DNA of 64,000 bases from Candidatus Iainarchaeum sp. (GCA_018304465.1 JAGVWC010000010.1:224670-288669); one strand, 5' to 3'; shown: positions 47,012 through 56,898, counted from the stretch's first letter. Notes: generated by a model not told the origin, from the sequence alone. Numbers and translations are program-made.

Positions 47012-47797
47012 CTATTTGAACGCGATTTTTCGCATTTCCTTGGTCTTTTTCAAGGCCGTTTCGATGCATTGGTGAATTTCGGCCGCTGAAAAACTGCCGG
47101 CACCGCCTTTTTGGAAAGCCGACAAATACTCGTCATCCGTCACCGCGACCGTAAAACGGGCGTTGGAAGCCTCTTCTTCGGCCACCGTCGGATCGAGAAT
47201 AATCTTGTCCGCGACCTTGTAAAACGTGATTTCCAAGGGCAATCGCGCCAATTCCAGCTTTTTGCCGTATTCGCCTTTGACGAGTTGGAATTTGTCATCC
47301 AGTTTAGGCAAACGCGTTTCCGACAAGGCTTTCAAGGCCGCCAAAGAACACGCGTCAAAAAAGTTTCCGGAGTCGTTAATCGTATACAGATCGATAAAAA
47401 TGCTCCAGACTTTTTCGCCGTCCTTGATGCTTAACTTGGAAAAATCCAAGGCATGCGATTCGCGGATTCCGCGGTCGACCACCCGCGCCATTTCAATGGA
47501 TCGCGGCTGCGGCGGACCGGTTTCGAATTCCGGCGACGCGATCGGCAACATTTCCAATCCAACGCTGATGCTTCCTTCGTTCGGCGTATCCGGATACGGT
47601 TCCACCGGCAAACACTTGGTTCCGCACACGACTTCGGTTTCTCCGATTTTCACGCGGCAAGATCCATCCGCGTTCTTGGAAATATCGGTTTCCACCGAAA
47701 TTTTGCGGTACTCGTCAAACTTTCGTCCATCAAGACGCTTTCCTTCCCGAATCGCCTTGGCGGCGGCATCGGCTTGTAATTCCATCAGAATACTCAT
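47012..47797 (-). CDS. rrp42: Exosome complex component Rrp42
   Basis: RLDGR..DEYR, ADGS, PYPDTPNEG, EMARVVDRGIRES. Confidence 0.96.
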   Translation of the reverse strand: MSILMELQADAAAKAIREGKRLDGRKFDEYRKISVETDISKNADGSCRVKIGETEVVCGTKCLPVEPYPDTPNEGSISVGLEMLPIASPEFETGPPQPRSIEMARVVDRGIRESHALDFSKLSIKDGEKVWSIFIDLYTINDSGNFFDACSLAALKALSETRLPKLDDKFQLVKGEYGKKLELARLPLEITFYKVADKIILDPTVAEEEASNARFTVAVTDDEYLSAFQKGGAGSFSAAEIHQCIETALKKTKEMRKIAFK

Positions 47798-48696
47798 TGT
47801 TCCACCTCTTCTTCGAGTGCTTCTTCCATTTCCTGGTTTTCTTCGTCCAGGGTTTCGCTGGCATCCGCCGAAAGCATTGGACCCGCGGCGACCACGGGAT
47901 TCACTCGCGGCTTTTGCGGCAACGCTTGTTCGGAAACGCGCTCGGCTTCCACGGATTCGAGGAATTCCTTGGTTTCAAAACGCTTCTTTAACGCGGCTTC
48001 CTGCAGTTTCGCGATTTTTTTGCATCCTTCCAAACCCAAAGGCAACGCTTTTTCCCATTCGGCTTTGGTGAACAATCCGTCCATTTGCAGCAAGACGATT
48101 TCTTCGGTCGACGGAATAATCGCGATCGGAATATCCACGGCGTCCGGCGCGTCTTCTTCTTCCTTGGTGACGTCCAGCATGATTTGTCCGCCGGCGCGAC
48201 CGACCGTACAACCCGCAACGACGCCGCGCATCGGAATACCGGCATCCGCCAACGCCACCGCGGCTGCGGTCAAACCCGCAATTCGGGTTCCGGCGTTCGC
48301 ATCGAGAATTTCAACGTGCACGTCAATCGCGGTGTTCGGGAATTGTTCCAAAAAAATCGCTTTTTGAAGCGCTTCGCTGCACACTTTCGAGATTTCGGTT
48401 TCGCGTCGACCGGGTTTCGGATTTTTCCGGTCGGGAACGCTAAACGTCGCCATTCGATAATAGAAATTCACGCGGCCTTTCAGCGGATCCGCCGTGTGCT
48501 TTGGCAAGCATTCCTTGGGTCCGTACACGGCAGCCACGACTTTGTTCTGGCCCCATTCCAAATACGCGCTTCCGTCCGCGCGGGGCACCACGCCGACTTC
48601 GATCTTGATCGGGCGCAAGTCGGTTAAGCCCCGTCCATCCAGGCGCTTTCCTTTCTTGTCCACGTATGTCAATTCTTCTTCTTTTTTCTTGGCCAT
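47794..48696 (-). CDS. rrp41: Exosome complex exonuclease Rrp41
   Basis: RLDGR...LRP, ADGSAY, YRMATFS, RRETEIS, NAGTR, LLQMDG; acidic tail. Confidence 0.96.
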   Translation of the reverse strand: MAKKKEEELTYVDKKGKRLDGRGLTDLRPIKIEVGVVPRADGSAYLEWGQNKVVAAVYGPKECLPKHTADPLKGRVNFYYRMATFSVPDRKNPKPGRRETEISKVCSEALQKAIFLEQFPNTAIDVHVEILDANAGTRIAGLTAAAVALADAGIPMRGVVAGCTVGRAGGQIMLDVTKEEEDAPDAVDIPIAIIPSTEEIVLLQMDGLFTKAEWEKALPLGLEGCKKIAKLQEAALKKRFETKEFLESVEAERVSEQALPQKPRVNPVVAAGPMLSADASETLDEENQEMEEALEEEVEQ

Positions 48697-48701
48697 TTTC
48701 T

Positions 48702-49340
48702 TCACTCCTGCTTTCCGGACGCCGGCACGGGGGCGTCTTTTTTCAAATAATCCGACATTTTGTTCGTCAGATTCGACAAATGCGCTTCGTCATCGATTTT
48801 TTGCAAACCGACTTTTAGCAATTCCATGTCGCCGCCTTTGACCCAAACAAAACCGTTTCGTCCGATCATGACGTTACAACCGGTTCCGCGTTTTAACACT
48901 TCGAGCATGGACCCGTTTTTTCCGATCATGCGCGGCACTTTAACCGGCATCACGGGAATCACGGTTCCGCCGTAAAACACGCGAACAAACCCGAGTTCCA
49001 CGTCATGGGTTTCGTTGACACTCATGACTTTCGCGGACACCACGGTTCCAACCTGCAAAGGATCCCGCAATTCTTTCTTGGACACAAACGCGTAATTCAC
49101 GCCGTTGACGTCCACCAAATAACCCGGATACACTTCTTGCGCGACGATTCCAACGATCAAATCGTTCATCTGCGGAACGTATTTTCCGCGCAACGGAACC
49201 ACGGACGCGAAATTTCCTTCGACCCGGCTGATTCCCAACGTATCCGAAAAAATCTTTCCGTCCCGGATATAGACGTGCTCGCCCAGACGCTTTCGCTCTT
49301 CCGTAACAAGCTCTCCTGGTACCACGATTTTCTTCGTCAT
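48702..49340 (-). CDS. rrp4: Exosome complex RNA-binding protein Rrp4
   Basis: IVVPGE, VPLRGKYVP..NDLIVG, KVPRMIGKNGSM, GRNGFVW. Confidence 0.95.
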   Translation of the reverse strand: MTKKIVVPGELVTEERKRLGEHVYIRDGKIFSDTLGISRVEGNFASVVPLRGKYVPQMNDLIVGIVAQEVYPGYLVDVNGVNYAFVSKKELRDPLQVGTVVSAKVMSVNETHDVELGFVRVFYGGTVIPVMPVKVPRMIGKNGSMLEVLKRGTGCNVMIGRNGFVWVKGGDMELLKVGLQKIDDEAHLSNLTNKMSDYLKKDAPVPASGKQE

Positions 49341-49355
49341 TTTTTTCTCTCCCAA

Positions 49356-50048
49356 TTACTTCAACATTTTGCTTTCAATCGACCCTTTGGCCAAATGATT
49401 CAATTCCGCCACGACGGCTTGCTGCAACCCGACCGGCATTTCCAAAATCGCGATCAAGCTTCCGTCCGACTGCCATTCCTGGCGCTTCACTTCATGCCGA
49501 AACAACGCGGCACTGGCTCGCGCCGCATACTCCGACGGAATCTTCACGGCCATGGAAACGTTTTCCATGGAAATCGGCAAAATCTTTCGGATTTCCTTTA
49601 ACGCTTCCTGGGCCTGCTGATTCGTCGACTTGAACAAATCCGGCGTAAACCGGATTTCATTCAACGCGTTTTCAATGCGCTGCGGCGGATGCGGCGTTTT
49701 GTGCTGCGGATCAATGCAATTCTGCGCCAAAAACGTAACAATTTCCTTGCGGCGTTCCTCGATCAAATGACGACGCTGATCCGTCGTCAAATGAACCTCG
49801 CCATCCAACACGATTCTTTTCGCGATATCCTCGAAATTCGTGGTCTGGAACACCGATTTGATGTTGCCATCCGACTGCGCTTCGCCTTTCTTGGCGTCCT
49901 TAAACACCGCGTCAATCGCCACCAAATCATTGATGGAAACCGGTTTTCCTTTTTTTAAGGCCAACGCCAAATCCGGGTCTACCAGCAATTCAAACTTCAA
50001 ACCCGCATGTTCAAGACGAGCCACTACTGCATCTTCCACTCGGACCAT
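49356..50048 (-). CDS. Ribosome maturation factor SBDS/Sdo1
   Basis: AVVARL...G.KFELLVDP, LTTDQRR, PHPPQRIE. Confidence 0.95.
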   Translation of the reverse strand: MVRVEDAVVARLEHAGLKFELLVDPDLALALKKGKPVSINDLVAIDAVFKDAKKGEAQSDGNIKSVFQTTNFEDIAKRIVLDGEVHLTTDQRRHLIEERRKEIVTFLAQNCIDPQHKTPHPPQRIENALNEIRFTPDLFKSTNQQAQEALKEIRKILPISMENVSMAVKIPSEYAARASAALFRHEVKRQEWQSDGSLIAILEMPVGLQQAVVAELNHLAKGSIESKMLK

Positions 50049-50104
50049 GTGTTTTTTTCCCCTTACGTGGAAAAAAACAAGCCGACCAAAACACAACGAT
50101 TACG

Positions 50105-50842
50105 TCATGCATTCTTGGATTTCGCCCACAACGATTTCAATTCGTCCGCCGAAACCCGAGTCAACGGCTTGTTTCGTTCAATAAACGCAAAATCCAGCCG
50201 GTTTGCATCCAGCTTTTCTTTTTCCGACAATCCTTTCTTGATCACCGACAACAAAATACCCACAGCGTCTTCCTTGGACATGTTTTCCTTGTAATCCTTT
50301 TCAAACAATTCCATGGCTTCTTTTTTCCCTTTTCCGATCGCGATCGCCTTGTATTCCGCCAACGCGCCGCTGGGTTCGGTTTCAAACAACTTAAAACCGG
50401 TTTCGTCAAAACCACCAAAAATAAACGAGACACCAAACGGTCGCACACCGCCATACTGGGTAAAATACTGCATGATTCCGGACACTTTCTTGGCCAACGC
50501 CTTGACTTGGATCGGTTCGTCGTAATAAATCATGTTTTCCTGGGATTCTTGACGCGCAAACTCAACCAATCGACGCGCGTCCCCGACCAATCCGCTTGAA
50601 ACCGCGGCCACATGATCGTCAATCAAAAAAATCTTTTCAATACTCGTCGGAAGAATCAACCGCGTGGAAATCTTCTTGTCCGCGGCAAACATAACCCCGT
50701 TATTGTAAATAACCGCAGCACCCAGGGTGCCTTGTTCCACGATTTTGGAGGCGTATTCGACTTGGTATAAACGGCCATCCGGCGAAAACATCGTCGCGGC
50801 GCGGTCATACGCTTGAGACTTTGGCGAAGCGGAATACATCAA
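50105..50842 (-). CDS. psmA: Proteasome subunit alpha
   Basis: YDRAATMFSPDGRLYQVEYA, SGLVGDAR, RPFGVS, TEPSG. Confidence 0.97.
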   Translation of the reverse strand: MMYSASPKSQAYDRAATMFSPDGRLYQVEYASKIVEQGTLGAAVIYNNGVMFAADKKISTRLILPTSIEKIFLIDDHVAAVSSGLVGDARRLVEFARQESQENMIYYDEPIQVKALAKKVSGIMQYFTQYGGVRPFGVSFIFGGFDETGFKLFETEPSGALAEYKAIAIGKGKKEAMELFEKDYKENMSKEDAVGILLSVIKKGLSEKEKLDANRLDFAFIERNKPLTRVSADELKSLWAKSKNA

Positions 50843-51011
50843 AAAACCTCCCTAAAACAGTGTACAGCGATCTCTCTCAAATTTAAATAAAGATAGACGA
50901 ATAACCATAAAAACCCTTTGGAGGCTCAAAACCCAAAAAAAAGCCAAAAAACCCGTTTTTGGACGGTTGGACAGACAAACGCTTAAAAAAAAGAAAACAG
51001 GAACCCGAAAA

Positions 51012-51380
51012 TCAGTTTTTTGAAAGCGCTTTTAACGAACCCGAGACCTTTTTGATTTCCGGAACCACGGGTTTGGATCCGATGTGGGTTAACAACAACA
51101 AACCCGCTTTGACGTTTTGCAATTCGGATAATTCGCTTTTGATGATCGCAATCCCCAACTTGGGATCAAACCGCACCACGCCGATTTTTTGCTTGGACAA
51201 ACCCACGGACCCGAATAATTCGCGTTGCTTGGCCAACACCGCGGACACCACGTCCCGCTGGGAAAACAATTCATTCGAATGCAACAACAACGCCACATAC
51301 CGTTTTTTTCCGCGATACGATTTGGGCAACGGATTCGATTTTTTCTTTTTGGCCAACTGTTTCACGACGCCACCCATCAC
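51012..51380 (-). CDS. RNase P protein Pop5/Rpp14
   Basis: LPKSYRGKKRY...LFGSVG...VSGSLKA. Confidence 0.85.
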   Translation of the reverse strand: MMGGVVKQLAKKKKSNPLPKSYRGKKRYVALLLHSNELFSQRDVVSAVLAKQRELFGSVGLSKQKIGVVRFDPKLGIAIIKSELSELQNVKAGLLLLTHIGSKPVVPEIKKVSGSLKALSKN

Positions 51381-51961
51381 GGATTGTTTGATTCTCCGGA
51401 ATCAAAATCCGATTCCGAATAATCGGGCAACGCCGGCGGCACATACTTTACCGACGAAACACCAAGGTCTGACGCGGCCGCCAAAAACGCCTGGTACGCC
51501 TTGTCCGAATGCAACACCAAAAACACGTGTTTTAGGTACTGCGGCGAAAAAGCATTCACTTGTTTTACAATCAATCGCGCGCCGTCTTCAATCGCAAAAC
51601 CGCCGACACCGCAACCCAACGCGGGAACACCCAAGGTATCGCATTCAAGCGAATCCGCGAGTTCCAACGCGTTCTGCAAGGCTTTTTCAATGATCTCCGC
51701 GGACGCGGCCTGACCTGGTTTAATCACCGCGGCATGAATCACGAACTTCGCGTTCAATTTTCCGGCGGTCGTCGCGATCGCTTGACCCAATTCCACGGGA
51801 CCCAATTCCAACGCTTCTTCTTCAACGTCTTTTCCGCCGCCTTTTCGCAACGCCAAAGCGACGCCTCCGCCCATTCGAAGCGTAATATCCGCGGCATTCA
51901 CCAACGCGTCCGCTTCCAAACGCGCCAAATCCCCTTTGTCAATACTGAGCTGCATAAACAT
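51377..51961 (-). CDS. Macro domain (ADP-ribose binding/hydrolase) protein
   Basis: GDL....DALVNAA...MGGGVA, TTAGKL..KFVIHA, PALGCGVGG. Confidence 0.92.
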   Translation of the reverse strand: MFMQLSIDKGDLARLEADALVNAADITLRMGGGVALALRKGGGKDVEEEALELGPVELGQAIATTAGKLNAKFVIHAAVIKPGQAASAEIIEKALQNALELADSLECDTLGVPALGCGVGGFAIEDGARLIVKQVNAFSPQYLKHVFLVLHSDKAYQAFLAAASDLGVSSVKYVPPALPDYSESDFDSGESNNP

Positions 51962-52012
51962 TTCCTCTGTCTACCAACATACGGTGCAAGACATTAAAAT
52001 ACTTAATTGCGG

Positions 52013-52564
52013 CTATGCCGACAACCAATCGCGGAAAAAAATCAAATCCGATTCGCTTCGGACAAACAAAGGCTTCGACGCCCCCGACACGACTTGAAAA
52101 AACACCTTTGTTTTTTTGGCCAACCGACTCCACGCCGAAACCGATTTATGCAATTCGATCGCGTCCACGGACGCCAAACGCAACAACGACTCCGCCAAAA
52201 ACAAAAAACCCACATTGCTTTGGCGCGCGGTTTCAAACAACTGAACATCCAGCATCGGTTTTTCACCCAGCACCGGCAACAACACAAAATCCACGGATCG
52301 CGACGACACCGCCAGATTCAACGCGCTTGCGGAATCCGGCCACACGGCCACCCAAAACTTTTGCTGTATCGCGCGCGACAACCACAACGAATCCGGGCGA
52401 TTCAAAACAAAACAACCCGGCAAACCGGTTTTTTCGCACAACGATTTCAAAGCCGCAGCATCGGAATCGGATTTTATTTTTCGAGCCAGAACGAAACCAT
52501 TCTTCGGAAACAATTTTTTCGCTTCCGCGACATCCGCTTCGGTTGACAAAAAAACCAAGTCCAT
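52013..52564 (-). CDS. Divergent RNase P protein Rpp30-like
   Basis: NLAVSSRSVDFV, LD....A.QSNV, VVSGASKPLFVRS; syntenic position after rpl15e. Confidence 0.6.
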   Translation of the reverse strand: MDLVFLSTEADVAEAKKLFPKNGFVLARKIKSDSDAAALKSLCEKTGLPGCFVLNRPDSLWLSRAIQQKFWVAVWPDSASALNLAVSSRSVDFVLLPVLGEKPMLDVQLFETARQSNVGFLFLAESLLRLASVDAIELHKSVSAWSRLAKKTKVFFQVVSGASKPLFVRSESDLIFFRDWLSA

Positions 52565-52639
52565 GAAAAACCAACCACCAAAAAGGAGAACAGAAACAGT
52601 TAAAGAGCTTTTTCCCGGGCTTTTCGCGAAAAGGTTGAG

Positions 52640-53248
52640 TTACTTGGTTTTTCCGCTGTTGGCGCGAACGCTTGGACGCACTTTTTCGGTTCCGCGTCCT
52701 TTCTTTCGCAATCCACGCGACTTCTTGGCGGCGCTCGTTAATCCGCGCGCGACACGATTGCGGTTCACGGGATCCGTAATCCAGGACAAATTCTTGTCGG
52801 ATTCGATTTCGGGTGTTTGCGGATCCACCATAATGACTTCAAAATACTTGTCTTTGCCGTCTTCGCCGACCCAGTACGAATTCAATACTTCGCAGTTGAC
52901 GAACCCCGCTTGGGCGCGTTGTTCCGCGATCGACTGAATGTTTTTTCCGCGCGTCAGTTTTCTGACACCCATGCGTTTGGGTTTGCGGCCATTATACGGT
53001 CGGCGATGCAGTCCTGATCCTTTTCGGATGCGGACACGCACGACAAAAATGCCTTTTTTGGCTTTAAATCCAAGGCTTCGCGCGCGACCGGGGTTTGACG
53101 GATGCGCGAGCCGCACCACGCTTTCGGTGGGTTTTCGGTATTCCATCAATCGTTCGCGGTACAACTGGCCAAAATCGTAATCGTTAGTCTTTTCGCCTTT
53201 ATAGAGCGCTTGCAAGGTACTGGCCAAATGCTGCTTTGCTGAAACCAT
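52640..53248 (-). CDS. rpl15e: Ribosomal protein L15e
   Basis: ARSLGFKAKKG, GRKPKRMG, IAEQRA, EVLNSYWVGEDG, RGLTSA. Confidence 0.97.
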   Translation of the reverse strand: MVSAKQHLASTLQALYKGEKTNDYDFGQLYRERLMEYRKPTESVVRLAHPSNPGRARSLGFKAKKGIFVVRVRIRKGSGLHRRPYNGRKPKRMGVRKLTRGKNIQSIAEQRAQAGFVNCEVLNSYWVGEDGKDKYFEVIMVDPQTPEIESDKNLSWITDPVNRNRVARGLTSAAKKSRGLRKKGRGTEKVRPSVRANSGKTK

Positions 53249-53356
53249 AAATAACACTCGAAAAAAACGTTCTGATGAACAGAATCGGATAGATTAATTA
53301 CCCCTGGCAAGGTTTTTAAGGTTTTGTTTAAAACCCTTTTTTCCGGGTATTTTCGT

Positions 53357-54373
53357 ATGGAAACCAAAACCTGCGAACGATGCCAAAAAACCGCGAAAGT
53401 CCACGTTCCATACGGACCCCACTGGTTTTGCGCCGAACACTTCAACCATTTCTTTGAAAACCGGTTTCGTGAAACCATTCGAAAACACAACCTGGTGCGA
53501 TACGGCGAAAAAATACTCATCGCCTTATCCGGCGGCAAAGACTCCATGGTATTGTTGCACCAACTGCATAAACACTTCGGAAAACAAAACGAACTCCACT
53601 GTTTGATCATCGACGAAGGAATCCCGGGGTACCGCGACAAAGCGATCCGGCTGGCCACCGATTACTGTAAACAACTCGGAGTACCCTTCACTGTGGTTTC
53701 CCACGAAAAAGAATTCGGCGTCACCAATGCCCAAGTCGCGTCCACTTTGGAAAACACCACCGAGCGACTCGGAAAAAGCGTGTGCAGTTACTGCGGCACG
53801 TTTCGCAAAACACTCATGAACAAATACGCCAAACAACTCGGCGCCCAAAAACTCGCCACCGGACACAACCTTGATGACGAAAGCCAAAGCGTGCTCATGA
53901 ACGTGTTTGACAACGACGTGCAAAAACTATTGTCGCTTTCCCCCAAAGCGGATCATTTATCCGACGACTTGGTGGTACCGCGCATCAAACCCCTCTACGA
54001 AACCCCTGAAAAAGACATCATCACGTTTGCCAGCCTAAACGAAATCCCGCATTATTCCGACGAATGCTGCCCGTATTCCTACAAAGCCAAACGAAACGAT
54101 TTTCGACAACTCCTCAATTCCTTCGAACACAAATACCCTGGCACCAAACACTCGGTCCTGCGATTCTTGCAGGACATCCAACACGCGGTTCCCGCACCGG
54201 GAAAAAAAAGCCAATTAAAACCCTGTCCGGAATGCAGCGAACCCGCAACCGGCGTGCTTTGCCAAGCCTGCCAAAAGAAAAAAATCATTCGCCAATACGT
54301 CGGAATGAAAAAAAACAAAATTAAGGTCAAACCGATCGATGCCCTGACCTGCAATGAAACAAAAGGCATGTAA
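53357..54373 (+). CDS. tRNA 2-thiolation protein (TtcA/NcsA/Ctu1 family)
   Basis: CxxC..FC..HF, ALSGGKDS, CSYCG, ATGHNLDDE, PRIKPL, CPY, C-terminal Zn finger. Confidence 0.92.
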   Translation: METKTCERCQKTAKVHVPYGPHWFCAEHFNHFFENRFRETIRKHNLVRYGEKILIALSGGKDSMVLLHQLHKHFGKQNELHCLIIDEGIPGYRDKAIRLATDYCKQLGVPFTVVSHEKEFGVTNAQVASTLENTTERLGKSVCSYCGTFRKTLMNKYAKQLGAQKLATGHNLDDESQSVLMNVFDNDVQKLLSLSPKADHLSDDLVVPRIKPLYETPEKDIITFASLNEIPHYSDECCPYSYKAKRNDFRQLLNSFEHKYPGTKHSVLRFLQDIQHAVPAPGKKSQLKPCPECSEPATGVLCQACQKKKIIRQYVGMKKNKIKVKPIDALTCNETKGM

Positions 54374-54394
54374 CCCCGAATCACCGGCAATGCA

Positions 54395-55486
54395 GTGCCT
54401 CCAAAGGAACTAATCTATCAAAATGCTTTTTCTGAAGTGAAAGAAAAACGAATCTATTTACCGAAAGAAGTTCAGAAAAAATTCTTCTTAGATGTTAAGC
54501 GTTCACTTGGAAACAATTCTTGGCCAGCACTTGCCAATCGCTTCGGAATAAACTACTGGAAATTTAAGAATTACAAAAAAGGAGATTTAACGGTTCCAAA
54601 TTCATGTTTTGAAGAATTCGTACGGGTATTGAATAAAGAAAAAACAGAAGAATACCGCGCACAAACCCATATGTTTGACGGAAATTGGGGCGCGGTGAAA
54701 GGTGGAAAACGGGCAATCCAAGTTCTTCGAGAAAAATATGGCCAAGAGTATTTAGATTCTCGACGTTTGAAAGGACAAAGAAACAGCCCCGTGATTGGCG
54801 CATCCGTCTGCAAGAAAATTGTAATACCAAAAGAAATTAATTCAGAAATTGCCGAACTCGTTGGCGTGTATCTGGGCGACGGAACACTCACAGACTATTT
54901 AATTCGCATTTCCTCCGACAAGCGGTTTGATCTGCGATACATGCAGTATTTGGCACACGTTGTGCAGAAGAACTTTGGTTTTATCTCGTTTATTCGCTTC
55001 GACAAAAAAACCAATTCGGGTTATTTAGAAATTCCTTCCAAAAAGTTCGTGGACTATTTCAAAGAAACTTTCGGTTTTTCGACAGGAGACAAAATTAGAA
55101 ACAAAGCCCGTATTCCCGACGTCATCTTGCAGAATTCAGATTGGACAAAAGCGTGCCTGAGAGGATTGATGGATACAGACGGGTCGTTTTCCCGGCGGGA
55201 TAATTATCTGTGCATGGAATTTACTTCATTTAATCCGACGCTCTTAAGCCAAGTGCAGGAAATTGGTTATAAAGAAGAGTTCTTTTCTTTCCATAGCACA
55301 CGACATACAGGATCAAACTCATGGCCCCGAATTCAGAAGTACTTCCGCGAAGTCGGAAGCTCAAACTTGCGGCATATCATCCGTTTTGACCAACGATTGC
55401 AAAATAATCGCTGTTTGTACGTAAAAGAAACATTAAAATATTTTCCCCAATATGAAAATGTTACCATACCCTATTTTTCGGGCTAG
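54395..55486 (+). mobile_element. Free-standing LAGLIDADG homing endonuclease gene (two motifs, N-terminal HTH)
   Basis: IAELVGVYLGDG and CLRGLMDTDG; appears more AT-rich than its flanks; stop codon lies inside the tRNA-Val acceptor stem. Confidence 0.85.
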
Positions 55487-55551
55487 TAGTCGATTGGTAA
55501 GACGTCCGCTTGACGTGCGGAAGACAGGGGGTCCGATTCCTCCCTGGCCCA
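55480..55551 (+). tRNA. tRNA-Val(GAC)
   Basis: GGGCTAG/CTGGCCC with A73; TCCGC-TT GAC GT-GCGGA; T-arm GGGGG-TCCGATT-CCTCC. Confidence 0.9.
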
Positions 55552-55579
55552 ACTATTTTTCAAAAAAAAGCCGCAACGC

Positions 55580-56689
55580 CTACATTCGTTTTCGGCCCAT
55601 TTCCAAATCATTCAACCGGTTTTTGATGTCTTCGAATTCGCGGCGAAGCGAAGCCGCGTCGATTTCGCGCGAAATCCGGTCGACTTCTTCGAGTTTTTGG
55701 TTTGCGTCCGACGAAAGCTCGTTTATTTTTTCAATCGTCAAACGGTCAATGCGGTTATTCGCGTCCTTGACCCAACTGTTAATGATCGCGTGCTCCAATT
55801 CAAGGGTTTTCGTGGCGCGGTCCTCAATGGCCAACATTTTTTTCCGCGCGTCTTCCAACGTCAACACCAGTTCGGACTTGTACTTGACGGTGTCCGCATT
55901 CAACTGAACCAGGGACTTGTCGCGCAGTTCTTTCGAATGCGCAAGTTCCTCCGACAATTGTTTGAACAATTCGGACGCGACTTTTCGCTCGGTCTTTATG
56001 GATTCCTGCTCTTGCCGCAACTCGTCGCGGTTTTTTTTCAGTTCCGCAATCCGCTGATCCAGGGTTTCGACGATTTCACCTGATTTTTTTTCCAATTCCG
56101 AATTCATTTTCGAAATCATCAATTTTTGGGTGTTGTCCTGCAACGCCGCCATTTTCACGGATTCCTTGTCCAATGCTTTTTGGATACGGCTCTCCAATGT
56201 CTTGTCCAGGTCATCCCGGATTTTTTTGATTTCCAAAAGCGAATCCGTCACGGTGTTAAGAATTCCTTTTTCCCAAAGCGAAGACACCGTTTGATCCGGG
56301 AGAGTCAACGCGGTTTTTTGGGAACCCGATGCCGTTTCGTCTTCAAACGAAGACACTGATTTTGTTTTTTGCGATTTGGAAGGAGGCGCTTCAATGGAAA
56401 CGGTTTGGACAACCGGTTTCTTGGAATCCGGTTTTTTCTTTGATGTCACCGGCAAATCATTGATTACCGGCGGCGCAAAGGCTTCCTCGATTTGCGCGCG
56501 GGTTTCTTCAAGCGTTTCCTGCGGGTTTTCAAGTTCCACGGGCGCGTCGGTATCCCCCGCCAAAAGCGAGCGAATATAGTTTTCGGAAATTCCGAATTCT
56601 TTCAAATAAGAAACGATTTCGTCTTCCGAAACATTCAGGCGCCTAAGCTTCGCAATCGAGTCGAGCAAAACTTTTTTTTTGTCAGGCAT
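55580..56689 (-). CDS. Long coiled-coil protein with small N-terminal helical domain and disordered linker
   Basis: Heptad-like E/K/L-rich region of more than 200 aa; TATA-like TTTATATA about 27 bp upstream. Confidence 0.8.
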   Translation of the reverse strand: MPDKKKVLLDSIAKLRRLNVSEDEIVSYLKEFGISENYIRSLLAGDTDAPVELENPQETLEETRAQIEEAFAPPVINDLPVTSKKKPDSKKPVVQTVSIEAPPSKSQKTKSVSSFEDETASGSQKTALTLPDQTVSSLWEKGILNTVTDSLLEIKKIRDDLDKTLESRIQKALDKESVKMAALQDNTQKLMISKMNSELEKKSGEIVETLDQRIAELKKNRDELRQEQESIKTERKVASELFKQLSEELAHSKELRDKSLVQLNADTVKYKSELVLTLEDARKKMLAIEDRATKTLELEHAIINSWVKDANNRIDRLTIEKINELSSDANQKLEEVDRISREIDAASLRREFEDIKNRLNDLEMGRKRM

Positions 56690-56735
56690 GATCGCTAAAG
56701 AAAAAGCAAAACAAGTATATAAACAAAACGACAGG

Positions 56736-56817
56736 GGCGTTACTTAAACGCGGATTGGACCACTGCCGGATCGAATCCCTGGGCGATTTTGGTCCGGGTC
56801 GGTAACGGTACAACGCC
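56736..56817. ncRNA. Candidate small structured RNA (possibly SRP domain IV-like)
   Basis: GC-rich island in A-rich spacer with nested helices GGCGTT/AACGCC, GGACCA/TGGTCC, GGAT/ATCC. Confidence 0.4.
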
Positions 56818-56898
56818 GCGATAAAAAAAAAAAAACGGACTCGCACTGACAAAAGTAGAGATTCTTTTTCCCAGGTTTTTCTTTTAAAGAAAAAGCTG

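Noticed and set aside
56736-56817. 5S rRNA or tRNA interpretation of the GC-rich element
   Set aside because: Lacks the 5S CCGAAC/GAAGTTAAGC motifs and does not form a cloverleaf
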